Assembly: GCA_963823665.1 (NCBI GenBank)
Contig: CAWGMQ010000008.1
Location: forward strand, 224,001 to 288,000
DNA from: an uncultured Planctomycetota bacterium
GTDB taxonomy: Bacteria; Planctomycetota; Planctomycetia; Isosphaerales; Isosphaeraceae
Reading direction: 5' to 3'
Length of the DNA: 64,000 bases
Shown here: positions 13,543 to 24,300 of the stretch, in pieces
Layout of the letters: each line of letters begins with the position of its first letter
Position numbering within the stretch: position 1 is the stretch's first letter
Notes under the pieces: generated by a model
Told to the model about the DNA's origin: nothing
The model's database searches: none
What the model saw: the letters and a program-made list of their open reading frames with translations, nothing else
Program-made: the position numbers and the translations under genes

Positions 13543-15681
13543 TCAGTGAGGCCTCTTCTTGAGTCCCAGACTTTCCAGGAAACCCGGGCTGTCAAGCACC
13601 AGCGGCGCCAGAAGCAGATTCGGCGCGCTGGCAGGAGCGGTCGCCGCCGCGGCCACCATCATTGCAGGAGCGCTGGTCACGTTGATGGCGCTCGACGTCG
13701 CACTGGTGAGTTTGCTGTTGGAGAGAGCCAGCGTGTAACCGGACCCCACCTTGTTCAGAGTCAGTCCGGTGAAGGTGACCACGCCGTTGCTCGCTGCCTC
13801 GGAGAGCGTGCCGCCCAGTTTCGCACCGGCCGGGTTGTTGGCCAGCGCCACTTTCACGGTGTTGCTGGCGGATGTCACCACGTTGCCGTACTCGTCCTCG
13901 ATCGCCGCGATCAGGCCGAAACTGGCCGTCACGACGATGCTGGCCGGGGGCTGCTCAGTGATCGCTACTTGAGTGGCCGCGGCGGGCGTCACGGTCGTGG
14001 CGCTGGTGGTTGCGCTGCTGAGCCCGCTGCTGGAGGCCTGGAGCGTATAGCCGGCGGCGGCCTTGGTCAGCGTCAATTCAGAGAAGGTGGACACGCCGTT
14101 GCTCGCGGTCGCCGAGAGCGTGCCGCCGAGTGTCGCCCCAGTCGGGTTATTCGCCAGCGCCAGCGTCACCGATGCAGTGTCGCCCGTCTCCACGTTGCCG
14201 TAGGCATCCTCGATCGATGCTTGCAGGCCGAAGCCGCTGCCGGCGGTCACGCCGGAGGGGGGCTGCGCGGTGATCGCCACTTGAGAGGGCGCCGCGGGGG
14301 TCACGCTGAGGGGGCTGGTGACGCCCCAGCCCAGGCCGCCGCCGGAGACGTAGAGCGTGAAGCCGGAGTAGACCGTGTTGATCGTCAGCCCGGAGAAGGT
14401 GGCCACGCCGTCGGACGCGGCGGCGGTCAGCGTGCCGCCGAGCGGCCAGCCGAAGGGGTTCGCCAGCGCCACCGTAACCGTTCCATTGAACGAGGAGATG
14501 AGGTTGCCCGAGCTATCCTCGGCCTCGACCGTCAGGCCGAAGGGGGTGCCCGCGGTGAGACTGGCCGGCGGCTGCTGGGTTACCACCAGTTGCGATGTGG
14601 CCAGGGTGGCCACCCCGATGGCCGCCCCGGTGCCGGCGCGCATGTCCGTAAACCAGACGTTGCCGTCGGGCCCCGTCGTGATCCCTACCGGCTCCGGGGT
14701 GCTGTAAGGGATGGGGTAGTCGGTGATCGCGTCTGTCGTCGGGTTGATCATCCCGATCATCCCGGCCGCTCCGCCGAGCTCCGTGAACCAGAGGTTGCCA
14801 TCTGGGCCCGACGTGATTGTCGTGGCACTGGGTTGGGGGAGGGGGATGGTGAAATCGGTGATGGCGTCGGTCGTCGGGTTGATTTCACCGATCGCCTCGG
14901 TACTCTCCTGAGTGAACCAGAGGTTGCCGTTGGAGCCCGACGTGATCCACATGAAACTGGGATCGGCGGGGATGGCGACCGCGCTGATGGCGTGAGTGAT
15001 CGGGCTGATACTACAGATGTATCCGGTGCCGGTGGTGGACGCCCGGGTGGTGAACCAAAGATTGCCGTCCGGGCCTGCCGTGATGTCCCATCCGTTCCCA
15101 AGGGTCGATGGGAGGGGATACTCGGTGATGGCGTGGGTGGTCGGGTTGATTTCACCGACCTCGTTACCGAATTCCTCGGAGAACCAGAGATTGCCGTCGG
15201 AGCCGACCGTGATTCCGCGTGGAAACGCGGAATTGTCTTCGGCGCCTTTAACCTTGGGGAGTGCGAATTCAGTGATGGCGTGGGTGGTCGGGTTGATCAT
15301 CCCGATCTTGTTGGCTTCCGACTCGGTGAACCACAGATTGCCGTCGGGGCCTGTCACGATCGCATCAGGAGAAGCAAGGGCACTGGAGAGCGCATACGAA
15401 GAGACGGCATGAGTGGTCGTGTTCATCATCCCGATCGCAGCGACGTCGTAAGTCCCGAAACCCGACTCGGTGAACCAGAGGTTGCCGTCGGGGCCCGTCG
15501 TGATCGCACCGAGTGCGTACGCGGGGGGTGTAGGGAGAGTAAACTCGGTGATGGCGGAGGTCCCCGACAGCAGGCACCGATCTTCCAGCCCTTCGATCCT
15601 CAATAGGCGTCGCCGGTTGCGGTGTTGATTCCCGGCTCGGCAGGTTGAATGACGGTTCAAAGTAGAGAGTCGAAACAGCAT
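13543..15681 (-). CDS. LEPR-XLL surface protein with Vgb-like beta-propeller and Ig-like repeats
   Basis: IEGLEDRCLLS; about 7 ITxGPDGNLWFTE repeats; 3 QV.IT.QPP...ED.YGN...GVATFSGLT repeats. Confidence 0.88.
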   Translation of the reverse strand: MLFRLSTLNRHSTCRAGNQHRNRRRLLRIEGLEDRCLLSGTSAITEFTLPTPPAYALGAITTGPDGNLWFTESGFGTYDVAAIGMMNTTTHAVSSYALSSALASPDAIVTGPDGNLWFTESEANKIGMINPTTHAITEFALPKVKGAEDNSAFPRGITVGSDGNLWFSEEFGNEVGEINPTTHAITEYPLPSTLGNGWDITAGPDGNLWFTTRASTTGTGYICSISPITHAISAVAIPADPSFMWITSGSNGNLWFTQESTEAIGEINPTTDAITDFTIPLPQPSATTITSGPDGNLWFTELGGAAGMIGMINPTTDAITDYPIPYSTPEPVGITTGPDGNVWFTDMRAGTGAAIGVATLATSQLVVTQQPPASLTAGTPFGLTVEAEDSSGNLISSFNGTVTVALANPFGWPLGGTLTAAASDGVATFSGLTINTVYSGFTLYVSGGGLGWGVTSPLSVTPAAPSQVAITAQPPSGVTAGSGFGLQASIEDAYGNVETGDTASVTLALANNPTGATLGGTLSATASNGVSTFSELTLTKAAAGYTLQASSSGLSSATTSATTVTPAAATQVAITEQPPASIVVTASFGLIAAIEDEYGNVVTSASNTVKVALANNPAGAKLGGTLSEAASNGVVTFTGLTLNKVGSGYTLALSNSKLTSATSSAINVTSAPAMMVAAAATAPASAPNLLLAPLVLDSPGFLESLGLKKRPH

Positions 15682-15694
15682 CGGTGAAACTCCT

Positions 15695-18600
15695 TCAAAG
15701 TTGGATCGTTCGCGCCAGTGTAGTGAGCCTCTTCTGTGTCAGCGTCGTCGTCGGCCCCGTGTTGGACGCAAAGTCCGCATCGCCGCCGAAGACGATCTTG
15801 ACGGGTTTGTTTAGCACTTTGCTGGGGTTCAACGTCAGCGTGGCCGACCCGCCACGGAGCGTGGCGATGCCCAGCACTTTCTCCTCGGCCTTTTTCTTCG
15901 ACTTCACCTGGACCTCGAAAGTCACCGTACCGGTTGGCACGCCGGAGCCCGGAGAGATCGGCCCGACTTCCGCCTCCAGCCCAAGCGACACGAGCTTCTT
16001 CCTCTTGAAGCGCGGAAGTGGGATCATCACGACCTGCGTGGCAGCCCTGGCAACCGTGAAGCTGGCCGGGGCCGCGGTACTGGGAGCGTAGTCAACGCTA
16101 CCGGCGAAGCCGGCGACAACGGTGTAGGTGCCGGCCTGGCTGGGCGCCCCCGCGAGAGGCGAGCCGGTCGCCGAGCTCCCGGCATAGTAGGTCAGAGTGG
16201 GCGCGACGCTCTCGAGGCTCGATGAGGTGATCCCGCCGACGCCCGTGACCGTCGCAGTGCCGGGGAAGGCCTTTCCGGTGAAAGTCCCTCCAGCGTCCGC
16301 GACGTTCACCGTTGGCCTGGCTCGGCTGACGGTCAGCGTGCCGGTGGTGCTGGTAGACGCATAAGTTCCGTCGCCGGCGTAAGAGTAACGGATCGTGTAA
16401 GGCGAGCCGGCGACGCCGAGTGCGCCAGTGTCAAACGTGGTGGAGAACGCGCCGCCGGTACCAATCGGGGCTGAATGCGTGGTGCCGTCGAGCATGACCT
16501 TGACGCTCTCGGTATCCGGCGGGGCCTGATTGCCGCTCGCCAGGGTGCCGGAGAGCGTGACGCTCGCCGCCCCGTAGGTGATGGTCGGGCTGGTCAGGCC
16601 AGTGAATGAGAGGATGATGGTCTGGGGCGCTTGAGTCTGGTACGCGCCGATATCGGGGGTCGAGTCGAGCGGCTGGCCGCGCTGATCGGTGGTGATCGGG
16701 GTGGTCGAGCCCGGGTAATCGGCCGTGGTGCCGGCGTGGATTGCTGGGCTGCCGGGCACGAGGGTCATCGTCTCGGTCGGACCGCCGTTACTGGCGAGTG
16801 CGGCCAGGCCGGGGTCAGCGACATTGAGCAGATTATTGTCGGCGGAATCAAGACCTCCCGAACCGCCGGTGCCGATCAGGTTGAAGCTACCCGTAGCGCC
16901 GCTGACGGCGCCGTTCCCGCCGATATCGCTGGCCGAGCCACCAGTGCCCACGTTGCCGGCGACGATGGTGTCTGTTAAGGCGACCGTCGCGCTCGCTAGC
17001 TGCCCGCCGTAGACGTAGACACCCCCGCCGCTGGTACTGGCGGTGTTCCCGCTAACTGTGCAGGCGGAAAGTGACGTCGCGCCATCATATTCGTTGTAAA
17101 GCCCGCCACCCACGGACGCCGTGTTGCCGCTGATCGTGCAATTGATCAGCGTTGCTTTACCCTGGTAGGTTCCCAGGAAACCGGCGTTGAACAGCCCGCC
17201 GCCGCTGCCAGCGGCGGAATTGTCGCTGATCGTGCAAAAAGTAAGCGTCGTCACGCTCTCATAGCTCCATACCCCACCGCCACCACCAGCCATGTTACCG
17301 CTGATCGTGCAGTCCGTGAGCGTCGCGGTACCGGGTCTGCCCGCGAGACCCATGTTCGAGAGCCCGCCGCCTACGTCACCGCTGGCGTTGTTTGAAATCG
17401 TGCAGCCAGTGAGCGAAACTGTCCCGCTGTTGCCCAGCCCGCCGCCCTTATTGTCGCTGATCGCGCAACCGGTCAGCGTGGCAGTGCCCTCATTCGACAC
17501 GCCGCCGCTGAAGGTCGAGGCGTTGCCGGTGATCGTGCAGTCGACGAGCGTCGCCGTGCCCGAGTTCGTGAGGCTGGCGACACGATCTGTAGCCGAGCCG
17601 CCGCCGCTGATCACGCAGTCGCTCAGCATGACCGTACCCTGGTTATTCAAACCGCCCGAACCGCCGTCCGTGATCGTCAAGCCCGAGAGCGAAGCCGTCA
17701 CGCCCTTGTCCACTAGGAACACGAGCGCCGGGCCGCTGGAGTTGTTGCCGTTGACTGAGAGGAGGCTTGCGCCCGGACCGTCGATCGCGATCGCGTTGGA
17801 GGTGTTGCTCAGCTCCAGTTGCCCGTTCAATAGCGTGATCGTGGCGGGCGTGCTGGCGAGCTCAAAGTCGATTGTGCTGGGTGACGAGGTCGCGTTGGCC
17901 TGCGCGACGGCCCAGCGCAGAGTGCCGGCACTCCCATCGTCGGCCGTGCTGGTGACGTCGAAGGTCGTGACGCCGGGTGCCTGGGTCTGGAACGCGCCGA
18001 TGTCGGGCGGCGAGTCGATGGGCAGGCCCCGCTGGTCCGCGGTGACGCCACTTATGGACGTTCCCGCGCCGATGGCCGGGCTGCCTGGCAGCAGTGCGAT
18101 GGTCTGGGTCGGCCCGCCGTTACTGGCCAGTGAAGCCAGGCCGGGGTCAGCGACGTTGAGCAGATTATTGTCGGCTGAATCAAGCCCTCCCGAGCCGCCG
18201 GTGCCGACTACGTTGAAGGTGCCAGTGACGCCCTTGGCAGCGCCGTTCCCGCTCCCGCCGATGTCGCTGGCGGGGCCGCCGGTGCCCGTGTTGCCGGCGA
18301 CGATGGTGTCTGTCAACGCGGCCGTCGTGCTGTCGACCTGTCCGGCGTAGTTGTAGACGTAGATACCACCCTCGCTGCCACTGGCGATGTTGCCGCTAAC
18401 TGTGCAGGCGGAAAGCGTCGTCGCGCCAAGTGCGCAGAGGAGCCCGCCACCCGCGTCACCCGCAGAATTGCCGCTGATCGTGCAATCGATGAGCGCCGCC
18501 GCGCCGCCGAGGCTCAGCCCACCGCCGTCGCCTTTGGCCGAGTTATCGGTGATCGTGCAGTTGTTAAGGGATAGCGTGCCTTGGTTGTAGTTTAGTATGC

Positions 18601-19270
18601 CACCCCCGTCGACCGCAGAATTGCCGCTGATCGTGCAGCCGATGAGCGTGGCCGTGCCGCGGTTGGCCAAGCCGCCGCCGGCGCCGCCGAGAGCGGTGGA
18701 GTTGCCGCTGATTGTGCAGTCGGTGAGACTCAACGTGCCGGGATTCTTCAGGCCGGCGCCATCATCGGTGGCCGAGTTGCTGCTGATCGCGCAGCCGTAC
18801 AGCTTTGCGGTACCCTGATTGTATAAACCGCCGCCGGAACCCCCCGTGATCGTCAGGCCCGAGACCGAGGCCGTCACGCCTTTGTCCACCTCGAGCACTC
18901 GACTGGCGTCGTTACCGCTGATGCTCAACAGGCTCGCGCCAGGGCCATCGATCGTAATCGCGGCGGTGGTGTTGCTCAGCTCCAGTTGCCCTTGGGTCAG
19001 CGTGATCGTCGCGGGCGTCCTGGCGAGCTCAAAGTCGATCGTGCTGGGTGACGAGACGGCGTTGGCCTGCGCGATGGCCCAGGGCAGGGTTCCAGCGCTG
19101 CCGTCGTCGGCTGTGCTGGTGACGTCGAAGGTCGACAGGAGCTGGCGGTTTTCCAGCGGCAACAGGTCGGGCAGAAGACGCCGCGCCATTCGTCGGCGCG
19201 CGTTCTGACGGCCGGCGGTCCGAGTTCGCTGTATTACCCCCTCCAACGTCGCTGCGAACCTAAAACCCAT
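15695..19270 (-). CDS. LEPR-XLL surface protein with two beta-helix/choice-of-anchor-Q-like modules and Ig-like domains
   Basis: PLENRQLLS; duplicated module FDVTSTADDGSAGTL.WA; repeated L.xCTISGN.A..GGG; NGGPT.T..L.PGSPAI and DQRG..DIGA twice; start codon uncertain. Confidence 0.85.
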   Translation of the reverse strand: MGFRFAATLEGVIQRTRTAGRQNARRRMARRLLPDLLPLENRQLLSTFDVTSTADDGSAGTLPWAIAQANAVSSPSTIDFELARTPATITLTQGQLELSNTTAAITIDGPGASLLSISGNDASRVLEVDKGVTASVSGLTITGGSGGGLYNQGTAKLYGCAISSNSATDDGAGLKNPGTLSLTDCTISGNSTALGGAGGGLANRGTATLIGCTISGNSAVDGGGILNYNQGTLSLNNCTITDNSAKGDGGGLSLGGAAALIDCTISGNSAGDAGGGLLCALGATTLSACTVSGNIASGSEGGIYVYNYAGQVDSTTAALTDTIVAGNTGTGGPASDIGGSGNGAAKGVTGTFNVVGTGGSGGLDSADNNLLNVADPGLASLASNGGPTQTIALLPGSPAIGAGTSISGVTADQRGLPIDSPPDIGAFQTQAPGVTTFDVTSTADDGSAGTLRWAVAQANATSSPSTIDFELASTPATITLLNGQLELSNTSNAIAIDGPGASLLSVNGNNSSGPALVFLVDKGVTASLSGLTITDGGSGGLNNQGTVMLSDCVISGGGSATDRVASLTNSGTATLVDCTITGNASTFSGGVSNEGTATLTGCAISDNKGGGLGNSGTVSLTGCTISNNASGDVGGGLSNMGLAGRPGTATLTDCTISGNMAGGGGGVWSYESVTTLTFCTISDNSAAGSGGGLFNAGFLGTYQGKATLINCTISGNTASVGGGLYNEYDGATSLSACTVSGNTASTSGGGVYVYGGQLASATVALTDTIVAGNVGTGGSASDIGGNGAVSGATGSFNLIGTGGSGGLDSADNNLLNVADPGLAALASNGGPTETMTLVPGSPAIHAGTTADYPGSTTPITTDQRGQPLDSTPDIGAYQTQAPQTIILSFTGLTSPTITYGAASVTLSGTLASGNQAPPDTESVKVMLDGTTHSAPIGTGGAFSTTFDTGALGVAGSPYTIRYSYAGDGTYASTSTTGTLTVSRARPTVNVADAGGTFTGKAFPGTATVTGVGGITSSSLESVAPTLTYYAGSSATGSPLAGAPSQAGTYTVVAGFAGSVDYAPSTAAPASFTVARAATQVVMIPLPRFKRKKLVSLGLEAEVGPISPGSGVPTGTVTFEVQVKSKKKAEEKVLGIATLRGGSATLTLNPSKVLNKPVKIVFGGDADFASNTGPTTTLTQKRLTTLARTIQL

Positions 19271-19737
19271 CGGCAACCGCCACACGCCGCTTGCTTGGCT
19301 TGCCCAGCTCGACATCGCCCACCCCCTTTGCTCACTGGAGTTGATTCGGCTGAGGAATTGACACCAGGATCCAGACCGGATCGGCGATGTCCCGGATCGG
19401 TGTCCTCCCAAGCTAAAGACAACAATTCGGGGCTTCTTGAGCCGCGCTGGGGATGGGTTTTTGGGGAATTGGTCAGTTGGCCATTGTGAGGCGGCAGCGG
19501 TCAGTTGCAGAAATCAACGGTTGCGCAGCGTTCAGCGCGGCGGCCGATTCTCCAGGCATGGAGGTTCCGTTGGATTTGACGCGGAAATGTGCGGGTGTTT
19601 CAGCGAATCGTCAGGCTGAAAGCCTGACCTACGTACGAATAACCTCGCGCATCCAAGCGGACCGCCTGGCACAATGCTGGCACAATGGATGTACTTACTT
19701 CCGCCTTCCCACCCCATCGTGTCTGGACGACGTCCCA

Positions 19738-19820
19738 ATGTCCGATCTGGTCTAGCCCGAAACAGTTGCAGCTAACGGCAACGCCCACCTTGAGCTCTTC
19801 ATGACCGTGGTCCGCCCGGC
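19738..19820 (+). pseudogene. Truncated duplicate of the 5' end of the VOC gene (20935)
   Basis: atgtccgatctggtcTAGcccgaaac versus atgtccgatctggtcGAGcccgaaac; similarity ends after catgaccgtggtccgcc. Confidence 0.85.
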
Positions 19821-19945
19821 GGCCCGCTCGCCTGGCCGCTTTGCTCGCTTCCTGTCCCGGTCCGGCGCCGAACACGATTTCGTCTCAGCGTCGCCCGCGG
19901 TATACTTCTGGAGGTAAGTCCGGGTTCCGTCCAGGAGCAACCGCC

Positions 19946-20158
19946 ATGACCTTGACCATCGAAGCCATCTACGAAAACGGCGTGCTCAAGCCCGCCCAGC
20001 CGCTGCCGCTGAAGGAACGCGAAAAGGTGCGCATCACTGTGGAGCCGGCGGTGACCCACGTACGCCGATCCGCTGGTCTGATCGGCTGGACCGGCAGCCA
20101 GGAAGACGCCGACTTCGTCGCCCTGAGCCCCGATCTCGAGCCGCAGGAAGACCCATGA
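19946..20158 (+). CDS. AF2212/DUF104-family antitoxin
   Basis: MTLTIEAIYENGVLKP..PL.LKE.EKVRITVE; RBS AGGAG; ATGA overlap with the PIN gene. Confidence 0.88.
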   Translation: MTLTIEAIYENGVLKPAQPLPLKEREKVRITVEPAVTHVRRSAGLIGWTGSQEDADFVALSPDLEPQEDP

Positions 20159-20655
20159 TCTATGCCGACTTGCCCGCCGGCGGGACGGTCTTTCTGGACG
20201 CCAGCGTATTCATCCACCACTTCGAGCCGAATGCCCTGTATGGTCCACCCGCCACCGAATTCCTCGAGCGTGTCGAAAACCAAGAAATCTTCGGCGTCAC
20301 AACCACGCACGTCCTCAGTGAGGTGGCTCATCCGCTGATGACGATCGAAGCCACGCAGGCGTTCGGCTGGTCGCGCGCGGGCATCGCCGTGCGGCTTCGG
20401 AATCATCCGGCCCAGGTGCAAACGCTGACGCGATTCCGTCACGCCATTCAGCAGATTCCCCTGTTCGCCGTGCGAATTCTCTCGATCGACCCTTCCTTGG
20501 CGGATCTCGCCGCCGAAGCAAGTCAACAAACCGGGCTTTTGCATAATGATGCGTTGATCATTGCAGCGATGCGTATCCACGGACTTGCCAACCTTGCCAG
20601 CGCCGATTCGGATTTCGACCGCGTCCCGGGAATCACGAGGTACGGACCTTTGTGA
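20155..20655 (+). CDS. vapC: PIN-domain VapC toxin
   Basis: VFLDAS.FI, VLSEV, GLLHNDALI.A.M and LASADSDFDRV. Confidence 0.9.
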   Translation: MIYADLPAGGTVFLDASVFIHHFEPNALYGPPATEFLERVENQEIFGVTTTHVLSEVAHPLMTIEATQAFGWSRAGIAVRLRNHPAQVQTLTRFRHAIQQIPLFAVRILSIDPSLADLAAEASQQTGLLHNDALIIAAMRIHGLANLASADSDFDRVPGITRYGPL

Positions 20656-20934
20656 CATGGCCGCCTGCGGCACGACGATTTCCGGCCAGTGCGCCGCGGG
20701 CTCAGGAGAAAGACAACATCGCGACACAAATGAGCCGCGGCTGGGATGGGTATTTTGCAAATTTGGTCCGCGGTCAGTGGTTCGTGGTTCGTTGCAGAAC
20801 TGAACCAACGCCCAGCGTGACGCACCCAACGACCAATGACGGATGACAACCATCTCGCATCCACAAGGCCCGCCTGGCACAATGGAAGCTCCTACTTCCG
20901 CCTTCCCAGCCTGTCGTGTCTGGACGACGTCGCA

Positions 20935-21378
20935 ATGTCCGATCTGGTCGAGCCCGAAACACTTGCAGCGAACGGCAACGGTCGCCTCGAGCTCTTCATG
21001 ACCGTGGTCCGCCTGACGGATTGGTCGAGCACCGTTCCCTGGTACATCAACACGCTCGGCATGGCGCCAATCTTGATCGACGCCGAGCGCGAATTCGCGC
21101 TCCTGGCCGCTGGCGACAGCCGGCTGGGGTTCAAAGGCCTCAAATCGGACTGCACCGCACACGAGCGCACCAAGGTCCGTTTCGTCTTTCAGGTCGCTGA
21201 CGTTGACCACGAGCGCCACCGGCTCATGTCCAGGGGCATCGTCGTGAGCGCACCCTTCGATAATCGCGAAGAGGGCTTTCGCGAAGTGCGCCTCCACGAC
21301 CCCGAAGGCAACAGCTTGACACTCTTCGCCTGGATCGACCCCAGCCACGAAGGACGCTTCTCCCGCGGCCGGCAGTGA
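20935..21378 (+). CDS. VOC/glyoxalase family protein
   Basis: WY.NTLG, FQVADVD and FREVRLHDPEGN. Confidence 0.85.
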   Translation: MSDLVEPETLAANGNGRLELFMTVVRLTDWSSTVPWYINTLGMAPILIDAEREFALLAAGDSRLGFKGLKSDCTAHERTKVRFVFQVADVDHERHRLMSRGIVVSAPFDNREEGFREVRLHDPEGNSLTLFAWIDPSHEGRFSRGRQ

Positions 21379-21399
21379 GCCATTGATCTTCGGAGAGCC

Positions 21400-24300
21400 A
21401 TGATGCAGTTCGTGCGACTTTCGAGCCTGGTGCTGACTCTTGCTTTCTTCTCATGCTTCGACCTGAATGTCGCCAGAGGTCAGCAGCCGGCCCCGGTAGA
21501 AAACGTCTCGTCATTCCCCCCGCGCACAGCCGCCGAGGAACAGAAAGCCCTCCACGCACCGCCAGGCTTCGAAATCCAGCTCGTCGCATCCGAACCCGAT
21601 ATCAACAAGCCCCTGAACCTCGCCTTTGACGACCGCGGCCGCCTCTGGGTCACCAGCACCGTCGAGTATCCCTACCCCGCCAAGGAAGGCACTCGCCCAC
21701 GCGATTCGGTCAAGATCCTCTCGAACTTCCGCGCCGACGGCCGGGCACAAATGGTGGACACATTCGCCGATGGCTTGAATATCCCCATCGGCCTCTTGCC
21801 GATGCCAAAAGCAAACGCCGCCATCGTGCACAACATCCCCAGAATCTACATGCTCAAAGACACCGACGGCGACGGCAAGGCCGATACTCGTGAACCGCTC
21901 TACGGAATCTTCGGCAACCGCGATACGCACGGAATGACAAACGCGTTCACATGGGGATTCGACGGCTGGATCTACGCGTGCCACGGATATGCAAACGACT
22001 CGAAGGTAGAGGGCAGCGACCATCGTTCAATTACCATGAACTCGGGCAACACCTACCGGATGAGGGCCGACGGCTCGCACGCCGAGTATTTCACCCACGG
22101 ACAGGTCAACCCCTTCGGCTTGGCCTTCGACCCGCTCGACAATCTCTATTCGTGCGACTGCCACAGCCAGCCGCTTTATCAGCTTTTGCGTGGAGCGTAT
22201 TATCCCAGCTTCGGCAAGCCTGACGACGGCCTGGGTTTCGGCCCCGAGATGGTGAACACCGACCACGGCTCGACCGGCATCGGCGGCATCAGCTTTTACA
22301 CGGCCGACCAGTATCCCGAGGCCTATCGCGGCACCACATTCATCGGCAACGTGGTCACCAACCGCATCAACCACGACCGCATCGAGTGGCACGGGTCTTC
22401 CCCCAGGGGATTTCAACAGGCCGACTTCGTCTGGAGCGAAGACAACTGGTTCCACCCGGTCGACATCGAGCTCGGCCCCGACGGAGCACTCTACGTCGCC
22501 GACTTCTATAACTCGATCATCGGCCACTACGAAGTGCCGCTGACGCACCCCGCCCGCGACCGCACGCGCGGGCGCATCTGGCGCGTGGTGTACAAGGGCA
22601 ACGAAGGCAAGCCGGCGCCGCCTCCGAGCGCGATCGATCGGACCAAATCGCCGATCGACGAGCTGATCAAGGACCTCGCCCACCCGAACCTGATCGTGCG
22701 AATCACGGCCGCGAATCAGCTTGTCGACCGAGGCGGCGCCGAGGGCCTCTCCGCCGCGCGAACCGTGGTGGGCCCAGGCTCACCTCCGCGCCAGCGAGTA
22801 CATGCGATGTGGGTGCTGCACCGCCAGAACGCACTCGACGACGCGACTCTTCTGGCCTGCGCTGGCGACCAAGACCGCGAGATCCGCGTGCACAGCCTGA
22901 AGGCACTCGCCGAGCGACCCGAGATCTCGCCTGCCTTTGCTGACCTCGCGAAGAGTCGGCTGAACGATGGAGATCCATTCGTCCGGCGGGCAGCGGCGGA
23001 AGTTCTCGGCAGACATCCGGCGCTCTCGAACATCAAGCCCCTCCTCGCCCTCCGCCAGTCCGCCCCCGAGGATGACACCCACTTGATCCATGTGGCCAGG
23101 ATGGCGCTTCGCGATCAATTCCTGGAATCACAGGTGTGGCCGCAGCTCGCCAAGCTGGAGCTGAGCGAGCGTGACCGCCGCGACATCGCCGACATCGCCA
23201 CCGGTGTGCACACCGCAGAGGCCGCGGCGTTTCTGCTCGAACAGATCAAGCAGCTCGAGTATCCCCAGGCGACCCTCGCGCGATTCATCCATCACATTGC
23301 GCGGTACGGAGCGCAAGCATCGACGGACAAGCTCGCCGCATTCGCCGACCCGCAGAAGCGCTCGCCCGCGCAGCGGCTGGAGCTGTTGAAGGCGATTCAA
23401 CAAGGGTTTCAGGAGCGTGGAGCACCGCTGGGGAAAGAAGCGCGGCAAGAGGCCGCCCGCTTGGCCGGCGAGCTGCTGGCGTCGAGCGCTGCGCCGGACA
23501 TCACGCTGGGAATTGACGTCGTCCGCGACTTCGAGTTCCGCGACATGCAGGACGCTTTGGTGCGGGTGATCGACCGGAGCGACTTGCCCGAGCAACCCCG
23601 CTCGCACGCGTTGGGCGCGCTGACGGTGATCGACCCCAGGAAAAACCTGGCGACGATCGAGCGAGTGCTCACCGACGCCGCCAAGCCGATCGGGATGCGC
23701 ATGTGGGCAGCATTTCTGCTCGGCGGCATCGATCGCGCCGACGCAAGGTCCGCACTGATCAATATCCTGCCGGTCGCGCCCGAGCGGCTTCAAGGAGCGG
23801 TCGCGTCGGCACTGGTTCGCAGGCGGGAGGGAGCCGATTCCCTCCTGAACACGATCGCATCCGGCAAGGCCTCAGCACGCCTGCTCCAGGACCGGAACGT
23901 GACGATCAACCTGGAAAGCTCGGGCCTGCCGAACGTGACCGACCGCATCGCGTCATTGCTAAAGGGTCTGCCGGCCGCCGATGCCAAGCTCGCCACGCTC
24001 TTCGACCGCCGCCGCGACGGCTTCCAGCGTGCGAAGCCGGACGCCGCCCTCGGCGCGAAGGTCTTCGAAAAACACTGTGCGGTCTGCCATCAACTGGCGG
24101 GCAAAGGCGCCAAGGTCGGCCCCCAGCTCGACGGCATCGGCACCCGCGGCCTCGACCGGCTGATGGAAGACATCCTCGACCCGAACCGGAACGTCGATCA
24201 GACACTGCGCGTGACGAACCTCGCACTCAAAAACGGACAGATCGTTTCAGGCCTCCTCCTCCGAGAAGAGGGCGAAGTCTTGATCGTCGCCGACGCGCAA

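Noticed and set aside
13690..15500. True virginiamycin B lyase resistance gene
   Set aside because: The Vgb-like propeller is embedded in a large LEPR-XLL surface protein with Ig-like repeats, so a structural or adhesive role is more plausible
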